Source of the DNA: a virus
Strand: one strand, 5' to 3'
Virus record (IMG/VR): IMGVR_UViG_3300025834_000005
Length of the DNA: 64,000 bases
The notes beneath the pieces were generated by a model. That model did not search any database and had not been told where the DNA came from. It worked only from the letters and a program-made list of their open reading frames with translations. Position 1 is the first letter of the stretch. The number at the start of each line of letters is the position of its first letter. Shown piece after piece: positions 1 to 7,063 of this stretch. A program made the translations under genes and the position numbers.

Positions 1-98
1 AGACGTTAAATATCGAGACACAGTTCTACTTTATCGATCTTATTGAAAAGTATAATGCCGATCAAATTGGTAAACAATTGGAAATTAAATTCGTATAA
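1..98 (+). CDS. partial ORF, 3' end only (hypothetical)
   Basis: Frame 3 is open from the window edge to TAA at 96-98. Confidence 0.3.
   Translation, partial: TLNIETQFYFIDLIEKYNADQIGKQLEIKFV
69..98 (+). promoter_or_regulatory. variant promoter copy (GGTAAAC-N16-CGTATAA)
   Basis: AAC at 73-75, CGTATAA at 92-98, same 16-nt spacing; overlaps the end of the partial upstream ORF. Confidence 0.35.
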
Positions 99-101
99 TT
101 A

Positions 102-377
102 ATGATAAACGAAATAGCACAAATTGGTTCCTTTAGGACTTTACCTAAAGGAACTTTATGTTTCACTTTGGATGGGCATGTATCTGTCAACAATAATGTG
201 ATTGTAAAAATAGTAAGTAATAACATGCATACAGTTAAGGGAAGGGTTCAGCGTTTATTATTCGACATGAACACATATACGCCTTCATTAATTGACAACA
301 ATGAAGAACCTGACATTTGTTTCGATTACGAACATACATTACCATATTCCTTACCGACCTCAATTTTTGGACGATGA
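102..377 (+). CDS. hypothetical protein
   Basis: 91-aa ORF; stop overlaps the next start (ATGA at 374-377). Confidence 0.5.
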   Translation: MINEIAQIGSFRTLPKGTLCFTLDGHVSVNNNVIVKIVSNNMHTVKGRVQRLLFDMNTYTPSLIDNNEEPDICFDYEHTLPYSLPTSIFGR

Positions 378-814
378 TCAAATACGTAAAAGGTGACGCC
401 ACGAAACCGATTGGTCATGGCAACAAATTAATAATACACTGCTCCAACGATGAAAATAAATGGGGGGCAGGTTTTGTACTTGCCCTTAGCAAACGATGGA
501 AACAACCAGAAGCGATGTTTAGGCTTTTAAAAAACGCTAAACTTGGCGAAGTTCAATTCGTAAACGTTGAGAAAGATATTACTGTGGCAAATATGATTGG
601 ACAACATGGTATTAAAGCCATGCCAAATGATAAGCCAATCAGGTACGACGCAATCAATGAGGCACTGAAAAAGGTTAATGAGTATGCTATTCAAAATAAC
701 TTTACAGTACATTGTCCTAAATTCGGGGCAGGTCTCGCAGGTGGAGATTGGAATGTAATCGAAACATTGATCAAATCAAATATTACAGTCGATGTAACTG
801 TTTATGAGTTCTAA
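374..814 (+). CDS. macro domain protein (ADP-ribose binding/hydrolase fold)
   Basis: MIKYVKGDATKP..LIIHCSNDENKWGAGFVLAL and HCPKFGAGLAGGDW match the macro-domain N..GxG and G-G-G loops. Start moved to ATG 374, in frame with the track ORF at 317. Confidence 0.7.
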   Translation: MIKYVKGDATKPIGHGNKLIIHCSNDENKWGAGFVLALSKRWKQPEAMFRLLKNAKLGEVQFVNVEKDITVANMIGQHGIKAMPNDKPIRYDAINEALKKVNEYAIQNNFTVHCPKFGAGLAGGDWNVIETLIKSNITVDVTVYEF

Positions 815-1208
815 ATTAAAAGCGACAATGTCTGTCCGATATGGTATATACGGCGGAGATATAATGTATCTATCAATACCCATTTTCACTGGTAAGGATA
901 GTAACAAAGCATATGATAAACATGTAATCGAATCATTTGACTCTGGCGATTTTATAAGGGACTGGTATAATGCCGTTCAGTATGTCGCAAAATATATGAT
1001 CGGTTATGAAATGAAATATTCAGATGGAATCAAAGACTTCATAAATTTATCAGACCTTTATGAAGAGGCTTATTTAAAAAACGTTAACAAACAATGGTTA
1101 TTAAGCCATGATAAGCCTAACGATTCTGAAAGATCATTTCAGTTATATGTAAATAAGGGAGAATGCCCATCATGGGAAGAATTTAAAAACTATTGTTCAA
1201 CTATATAA
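804..1208 (+). CDS. hypothetical protein
   Basis: ORF track; tiles with same-strand neighbours; no motif recognised. Confidence 0.5.
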   Translation: MSSKLKATMSVRYGIYGGDIMYLSIPIFTGKDSNKAYDKHVIESFDSGDFIRDWYNAVQYVAKYMIGYEMKYSDGIKDFINLSDLYEEAYLKNVNKQWLLSHDKPNDSERSFQLYVNKGECPSWEEFKNYCSTI

Positions 1209-1215
1209 ACCTAAT

Positions 1216-1632
1216 ATGAGTAAACCAGAATTGTTTTTACATATCGAATTGGAATTACCTGATCACACCGCTAAATTAACCGATGCGGAAGCTAAGATTG
1301 AAAATCTAAGAACAAGATTTGTCGAAATACAGAATAGCGGCAAAATTAATAACTACACACATGAGCCACTGTATGATGAAACAGTGCTTATGCTTGATTA
1401 TCTGGGAAGACTTTCAAGACCAATATTTGGTATCGAAAGCACGATTGAAGAGAAATACTGTAAAGAATATGTTTCAGAACCTGTTAAAGTGAAAAAATTA
1501 TGGTACGAGCATTATGAATACATTCATCGCCCATATACTATCTTAAAAAATAGGTGCTACAGGGTTCTCGAAGACCTTGATGACGAATTTTTCAGAGTTA
1601 ATCACTGTTTTCCGAGTAATTATAATTTATGA
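1216..1632 (+). CDS. hypothetical protein
   Basis: ORF track; ATGA overlap with the next gene. Confidence 0.55.
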   Translation: MSKPELFLHIELELPDHTAKLTDAEAKIENLRTRFVEIQNSGKINNYTHEPLYDETVLMLDYLGRLSRPIFGIESTIEEKYCKEYVSEPVKVKKLWYEHYEYIHRPYTILKNRCYRVLEDLDDEFFRVNHCFPSNYNL

Positions 1633-1910
1633 AAAAGCTCATAAGGGATAAAATAGTTAAATACTATAAAGAAAGTGAATTCGAGCACATAACCAATCAG
1701 GAAGAATTGAATGAGTTTTATGCTTTAAAGGTTTATGAGGAACTTGATGAAATACAGCGATCTGGTCATAAGGATGTTACTGAATTCGCTGATCTTATTC
1801 AAGTGGCTATATCGTTTGCAAATGCAAATGGATTCACACTACCTATAGTAATGACGGCGGTGCAAAAAAAAGCAGACGAAAAGGCGAATTTAGTGATATT
1901 GCTTTGCTAA
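1629..1910 (+). CDS. MazG-like nucleoside triphosphate pyrophosphohydrolase (C-terminus possibly frameshifted at an A8 run)
   Basis: KLIRDKIVKYY...EELNEFYALKVYEELDEIQRS...EFADLIQV resembles all-alpha MazG/PRA-PH-like proteins. The -1 frame after A8 (1864-1871) reads KSRRKGEFSDIALLNL to TAA 1949-1951. Confidence 0.6.
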   Translation: MKKLIRDKIVKYYKESEFEHITNQEELNEFYALKVYEELDEIQRSGHKDVTEFADLIQVAISFANANGFTLPIVMTAVQKKADEKANLVILLC

Positions 1911-1952
1911 ATCTAAATCCTAATAATCCAAGCAACAAGATTTATCTATAAT

Positions 1953-1998
1953 AAATGTTGCCAGAAAGTGGTATATAATGCACTTTCTGGCAACATTT
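1953..1998 (+). terminator. hairpin terminator candidate
   Basis: Perfect 16-18 bp inverted repeat ATGTTGCCAGAAAGTG / CACTTTCTGGCAACAT with a 10-nt loop, followed by TTT. Confidence 0.6.
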
Positions 1999-2207
1999 GC
2001 TGTTTATAGCCAACATTGTTATATGAAAGTGCTATTTAATGCACAAATTATTTCCCATATAATTCGATATAGTAGCCAAAAACACTATTTTTGTCGCAGA
2101 TATCATGCATTAGCATCACAAATCGGGGTTTTCGCATGATTTTTCAGTCATGCAAATTAACATAAATAGCCATATTTAGCATTTTTTGTAAAAATAAGTA
2201 TGTATAA

Positions 2208-2237
2208 TTGTAACAAAAACAATTTTTGTACGTATAA
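2208..2237 (+). promoter_or_regulatory. ECF-type promoter copy TTGTAAC-N16-CGTATAA
   Basis: -35 at 2208-2214, -10 at 2231-2237; 14 nt upstream of ATG 2251. Confidence 0.6.
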
Positions 2238-2250
2238 ACAAGAAAAAGAT

Positions 2251-2709
2251 ATGGTAAAAAGAATATTAATGTTAACCTTATTTTTTATGACGATTCTACC
2301 TTTCAGTGGATTTGTCGTAGCAAATAAATCATCGGCGGATGAAAAGAATACTCTAACTCTGGAGAACGTCTACAACGAATTGTGCAGGCTGGGCGTAAGA
2401 GATAAGAATATCGTAATGGCGCAAGTTAGACTTGAAACAGGTCATCTAAATAAAATACAGCATAAAAACAACCTATTTGGCTTCAAGAAGCCTAACGGTA
2501 AATATAACACATATGACACATGGCAAACGAGTGTGGCTGATTTTAAAAGATGGCAAGATAAGTATTTCGTTAATGGCACATATTTAGAATTTATAAAAAA
2601 AAGAGGCTATGCTGCTAACATGCAGAATTATATTATGAATCTAAAAAAATTAATGTCTAAGTATAATAAAGTAAACGCAAGTTATGAACAAACTGATACA
2701 ATTGATTAA
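2251..2709 (+). CDS. secreted or membrane-anchored peptidoglycan hydrolase, glucosaminidase (FlgJ/LytD-like) domain
   Basis: N-terminal hydrophobic segment ILMLTLFFMTILPFSGFVVA, then MAQVRLETGHLN...NNLFGFKK (glucosaminidase AQ..E.G / NNLFG.K pattern). Start set at ATG 2251 because a promoter copy lies inside the longer track ORF. Confidence 0.6.
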   Translation: MVKRILMLTLFFMTILPFSGFVVANKSSADEKNTLTLENVYNELCRLGVRDKNIVMAQVRLETGHLNKIQHKNNLFGFKKPNGKYNTYDTWQTSVADFKRWQDKYFVNGTYLEFIKKRGYAANMQNYIMNLKKLMSKYNKVNASYEQTDTID

Positions 2710-3193
2710 CGAAATGATTGATGTTTTTCACGGAAGTACTAACAAATTTGATGTCTTCGATACAAGTAAAATAGGCACAGGCGACGGCAAAAGTATTGGT
2801 GGCTGGGGTTTAAATTTTTCAGACACAAGGGAAGTTGCTCAACAGTATTTTCTAAAAAGCGGATTTGTTGGTAGCTATAAAATTCCCAATGGAGATTATT
2901 TTAGCTTAGATGATAGGTTTGACCCAAGTGTGGGCGAGCTTATAAAAAGGGCACTCGATAAAATCGGAACTATAAAAGATGATGATATCGAAGAATTTCA
3001 AAACGATTTTATCGATAATGCCGATGAAGTTACCAATAAACAAGTGTATGAGTGGTTGTCATATGTTGTAGGATCTGAAAAGAATGCTTCTCTGCTTTTA
3101 GATCGGATAGGTTTTGTCGGCAATAAGTTCAGCGACAGGTGGAACAGAGAAGCAACAAATTATGTTATTTTCGATTCTAAAAATATTAGATAA
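2684..3193 (+). CDS. hypothetical protein, possible ADP-ribosyltransferase (H-Y-E/PARP-like) fold
   Basis: VFHGSTNKFDVFD...GGWGLNFSDTREVAQQY resembles the PARP-type HGS ... GxGxYFxxxxxxxxxY layout, read by eye only. Confidence 0.4.
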   Translation: MNKLIQLINEMIDVFHGSTNKFDVFDTSKIGTGDGKSIGGWGLNFSDTREVAQQYFLKSGFVGSYKIPNGDYFSLDDRFDPSVGELIKRALDKIGTIKDDDIEEFQNDFIDNADEVTNKQVYEWLSYVVGSEKNASLLLDRIGFVGNKFSDRWNREATNYVIFDSKNIR

Positions 3194-3194
3194 A

Positions 3195-3440
3195 ATGAAA
3201 GATACGCACTCCAAAATTATTCAGATAGTGTCTGAATTCTTAGATCAAAATCCAAATCAACGATTTGGTGAAGCACTTTTTAATTTAAACATCACACAGT
3301 TTAAATACGACCTGAAAGATATCGTAAAGCCGACAGACGTAAGTTATCAAATGCGAGACATTTACAACGATAACGATACATGCATGCTTAACAGAGTAAT
3401 AGAGTCAGGCAAGATTTTTAATTTAAAATCGGCAGAATAA
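3195..3440 (+). CDS. hypothetical protein
   Basis: In-frame ATG 3195 directly after the previous stop; the longer track ORF would overlap the upstream gene. Confidence 0.5.
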   Translation: MKDTHSKIIQIVSEFLDQNPNQRFGEALFNLNITQFKYDLKDIVKPTDVSYQMRDIYNDNDTCMLNRVIESGKIFNLKSAE

Positions 3441-3441
3441 A

Positions 3442-3717
3442 ATGGCAACTCCAATTATTTTCGCTATAGAATACGTTATTCTGAACTCTGACGGTAGGGT
3501 TATAAAAGAAGGCGAAATAAACGTAAAGAATAAAACCACCAAATTTGAAGCTCAATGCTCATTAGAAGTGTTTTTAAAGAAAAAGCATCCTGATTTCAAG
3601 TCGATGATCATAAAAAAATGTAACGAAAAAAGTGACATTTTAAATATGTTTGACGAGATATTTGGGAAAAATAATAAATCGAACCCATTTGGAGGGTCAA
3701 ATCCATTTAAATTTTAA
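3442..3717 (+). CDS. hypothetical protein
   Basis: ORF track; tight tiling. Confidence 0.5.
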   Translation: MATPIIFAIEYVILNSDGRVIKEGEINVKNKTTKFEAQCSLEVFLKKKHPDFKSMIIKKCNEKSDILNMFDEIFGKNNKSNPFGGSNPFKF

Positions 3718-3722
3718 TTATC

Positions 3723-4112
3723 ATGATTCTAAAACTTGACACAGTAGCAAAAACCATCCAAATTGATGGTAGCGTAAATGCTTTTGATTTATTCGAAGCA
3801 TTAGTGGTAATGCTTCCTAATGATCTCTGGAAAGAATTCTCATTATTCCAGAAACCAACTGAATACATTTTTAATCCTGTTTATCCAGCATATCCGACGA
3901 TTCCATATACATCACCGTATATTTGGAATCCGTTCAGTCCAGTTGTAACATTGCCTTGGATTAACTATACAGCCAATGGTAATAATTTTACAGTATCGGC
4001 GGATGCTGGTAATACAGGCGGTAATTTTACTGTTATGCAGCAATATAAAGGCATTTTAAATGAAGGCATTTTTGACGTAGTTTTAATGTCGAAAGACGAT
4101 ATTAAAGAATAA
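3723..4112 (+). CDS. hypothetical protein
   Basis: ORF track; tight tiling. Confidence 0.5.
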   Translation: MILKLDTVAKTIQIDGSVNAFDLFEALVVMLPNDLWKEFSLFQKPTEYIFNPVYPAYPTIPYTSPYIWNPFSPVVTLPWINYTANGNNFTVSADAGNTGGNFTVMQQYKGILNEGIFDVVLMSKDDIKE

Positions 4113-4115
4113 TTT

Positions 4116-4976
4116 ATGATTTGTGTATACCATAAAAAAGATAATGATGGTTTCTGTAGTGCCGCAATTATACAGAGAAAATATCCAGATGCTGAATTTA
4201 TTGGCTATGATCATGGCGATGATCATATCAAATTTCTTGACTTTATCGACGAAGAAATCATAGTTGTTGATATTAGTTTCCCTATGAATATCATGTATAA
4301 CATTGCCAGTCGTAATAAGCTAACATGGATAGATCATCACGCATCGAGCATTGATAGTTATAATGTTTTTGATCATTCTACTGATAATAATATTAATGCT
4401 ATTCTTGAGGTGGGTAGAGCCGCTTGCGAATTAACATGGGAATATATTTTTCCTAATGAATTCATGCCTATAGGTATTGAATGCTTGGGAAAATATGATA
4501 CTTGGCGTGGATATGGCTCTGATGAATGGAATCATTACATTCTACCATTTGAATATGGAATGAGATCAATTTGTTCAAGCTTTGAGACATTTCCAAAGTT
4601 TGTCATAGATTACAATGAAGGCGAAGCTATTGATAGCATAATTAATAGTGGTAGAATCATAATTGGCTACCAAAATGTGGTTGACTCAAAACTATGTGTT
4701 TCAAATTCATTTGTTCGTCGTTTTAAAGGTTATAGAGCACTTTGTTTGAATGTTCCTTACATTGACTCGAATACAATGCAAAGTGTTTTCAACGCATCTG
4801 AACACGATTTAATGCTATCATTTACTTTTAAAGGCACACATTGGAGTTGCAGCCTTAGAAGTCAAGGTGATTTAGATGTCAGTGCTATTGCCAAATCAAT
4901 GGGCGGTGGTGGGCACAAAAACGCATCGGGCATGGAATTAACAACAGCCCAATTAGTAGAATTATTTAAATTGTGA
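4116..4976 (+). CDS. DHH/DHHA1 family phosphoesterase (NrnA/RecJ-like)
   Basis: Motifs HKKDNDG (DxD), VVDISF, WIDHHASS (DHH) and GGGGHKNASG (DHHA1 GGGH). Confidence 0.75.
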   Translation: MICVYHKKDNDGFCSAAIIQRKYPDAEFIGYDHGDDHIKFLDFIDEEIIVVDISFPMNIMYNIASRNKLTWIDHHASSIDSYNVFDHSTDNNINAILEVGRAACELTWEYIFPNEFMPIGIECLGKYDTWRGYGSDEWNHYILPFEYGMRSICSSFETFPKFVIDYNEGEAIDSIINSGRIIIGYQNVVDSKLCVSNSFVRRFKGYRALCLNVPYIDSNTMQSVFNASEHDLMLSFTFKGTHWSCSLRSQGDLDVSAIAKSMGGGGHKNASGMELTTAQLVELFKL

Positions 4977-5659
4977 AAGGAATTTATAAAATAGTATGTA
5001 CTGCTAATGATGTAACTTATATTGGCAGTACATGTGTAGATTTTAAGAAGCGTTTTAAAAAGCATAAACAAAGATTGAGACATAATTATCATGAGAATAG
5101 TTACCTCCAAAATGCATGGAATAAATATGGAGAGGAAACATTTAATTTTATAGTCATAGAAGAATTATTAGACGATATTGAAATAAAGACCAGAGAAAAA
5201 TACTGAATTGATCTATATATCCCATTAGGTAGAGATAGCTGCTTTAATTTAACTGATAATGTTGGTGGTGGTAACACAATTAAAACTGCTGAGATAAAAG
5301 CAAAGCACTCAAATAATTTAAAAAAATCTTATACGCCAGAACTTAGAGAAAAAAGGCGTATAGACCTTACACAAAGAAGCGATCTCTTTAAGATAAATGG
5401 CGATAAAGCAAGATATACTAAAGAATGGAGAGTGGCGCATTCAGCGGCAATGTCTAAATTATCCGATAATAAAATATGGCTTGAAAAGACCAGAGCAAAT
5501 AATAAGTCAAAAGGAAAGCCAGTGAAGACAGATCGAAATGAAATCTTTGAATCCGTATCAGAAGCTGCACGTCAAACAGGAGCATTAAATCCAAATATTA
5601 GACTTTGTATTAGAGGTAAAATAAAATCATGTATGGGTAGAAAGTGGTTTTATTGTTAA
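4973..5659 (+). pseudogene. GIY-YIG homing endonuclease (Seg/I-TevI-like) interrupted by a single in-frame TGA at 5204-5206
   Basis: KGIYKIV..VTYIGST (GIY-YIG), then REKY-TGA-IDLY. The frame stays open to 5659, with NUMOD3-like KHSNNLKK/AHSAAMSK repeats and a C-terminal FESVSEAARQTG..GRKWFY DNA-binding motif. Confidence 0.7.
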
Positions 5660-5733
5660 TAAAAATGCATCTGGGTTCGAAGTCAAAAGCTTTGATGATA
5701 ATTTTGACTAACTAAATACACAGCTTTTAATTA

Positions 5734-5770
5734 AAAATTGCCAATCGGATATAATCTGATTGGCAATTTT
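5734..5770. terminator. bidirectional hairpin between convergent genes
   Basis: AAAATTGCCAATC..GATTGGCAATTTT inverted repeat flanked by A and T runs. Confidence 0.65.
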
Positions 5771-5771
5771 A

Positions 5772-6755
5772 TTATCCCCTAAAATAGCTATCCCCTGCAA
5801 TTTGTTTTGCCTTGTCTTCGCTGCTGGTCTTAATATATCTAAAAAAGCTTTTCTCCGTTGTGTGTCCCGTTAGTGCCATAATCTCATATGTTCCCATCCT
5901 TGCGGTCTGGTACATGTTCGTGGCTGCACTACGTCGAGCTGTATGACTTGAAATAAGTTCCCATGCCTGCTTAGTCTCATAAATCAATTTACCGCCTTTC
6001 GTATAATTAAATTTCACATCCTCGTTAAATCCAATTAGTTTACAAATCTTTTTTATGCTTCTATTAAAGTATTGGATTGAAACTCCCGAATACAAATTTC
6101 CATTATATTTATTAAGAATTTCACGCACATAATCATGGATCGGAATAGTAATCCTTGTTTTTGTTTTCTTGACTATTTTTATGATAAAATCCTTTGTGAA
6201 ATTGTCCGTAGTCAAGGTGGAATAATCAGAAAAGCGTAATGCTGTCAAACATCCAACCACAAACAAATCTCTTATTTTCTCCTGCTTTTTAGTCAATCCC
6301 ATATAGTAATAAATTCTCGTGATTTTATTCATGCTCAGAAAAATCGAGAAAGTGTTTTCAAGCTTAATGCTAACGTCATCATAAGATGGATCAACTGCAT
6401 AGCCGTATTTTGCCGCTTTAGCCGCCATCGATTTAACAAGCGACAGCAAATTTGAGATGTAGTTTTGACGAAGATCATTCCCCTCAAGGTAAGTCACAAA
6501 ATCTTCAAGAAACTCCTCTCCAACAGAGTTCGTATAGATGTTGGCGTTGTATTGTTTCGAAAATGCGTTGAGATGTAGGATAAGGGTATTGTAGTTCTTC
6601 ACATACATTTCACTCATTCTATTTGATTTCCGCAGTGCAGTCACTGCAACAAAATCCGCAAAAAGTACGCCAGTTTTGGGTTCATTTTGTATTAAACGGT
6701 TAATGTAGTCCCGTTTGCCCGATAGGTCTTTTTCCACTTTTAAAGCTACGCTCAT
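5772..6755 (-). CDS. int: tyrosine recombinase / phage integrase
   Basis: LTALRFSD (Arg), HTARRSAATNMY (HxxR), LTGHTTEKSFFRYI (His..Tyr); N-terminal SAM-like region typical of Bacteroidetes-type integrases. Confidence 0.85.
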   Translation of the reverse strand: MSVALKVEKDLSGKRDYINRLIQNEPKTGVLFADFVAVTALRKSNRMSEMYVKNYNTLILHLNAFSKQYNANIYTNSVGEEFLEDFVTYLEGNDLRQNYISNLLSLVKSMAAKAAKYGYAVDPSYDDVSIKLENTFSIFLSMNKITRIYYYMGLTKKQEKIRDLFVVGCLTALRFSDYSTLTTDNFTKDFIIKIVKKTKTRITIPIHDYVREILNKYNGNLYSGVSIQYFNRSIKKICKLIGFNEDVKFNYTKGGKLIYETKQAWELISSHTARRSAATNMYQTARMGTYEIMALTGHTTEKSFFRYIKTSSEDKAKQIAGDSYFRG

Positions 6756-6883
6756 TTCGTAATTTCATTTATAATAATAAAGCCATAATAAGTGTAGAGC
6801 GGCTTACGAAAACCGTTAGTAATGTATCTAAAGCACTTATGGCTTCATTATATATTAATATATAACTCCGTAATTTCTCGCTG

Positions 6884-6891
6884 CAAAGTTA
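6884..6891 (-). promoter_or_regulatory. TAnnTTTG (Bacteroidetes -7-like) motif upstream of the integrase
   Basis: Minus strand reads TAACTTTG, about 128 nt upstream of the int start. Confidence 0.25.
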
Positions 6892-7063
6892 CGGATTTAA
6901 TTTGAAATGATAATAAAAACATATTTTTTTTTCAAACGCACCTCGTTGTTCTCCAATATAAGCTATTAGCATTGGGTTAACTCAACATTTATCAAGAATT
7001 CGTGATAGATCCTGACCCGTCACAAATTAATGTAACAAAGTTCATGTAGTCTCTAAATGTGAA

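Noticed and set aside
2200-2250. Longer N-terminus of the glucosaminidase-like ORF (track start 2200)
   Set aside because: A complete TTGTAAC-N16-CGTATAA promoter copy (2208-2237) lies inside it. ATG 2251 gives a normal signal-anchor N-terminus.
4973-5659. Genome-wide TGA-to-Trp recoding (genetic code 4) suggested by the REKY-TGA-IDLY context
   Set aside because: TGA is used as a genuine stop in many tightly coupled ATGA/GTGA junctions, for example 1629-1632, 4973-4976, 14706-14709, 18687-18690, 19133-19136 and 30660-30663. Reading through these would fuse unrelated frames. Any recoding would have to be local.
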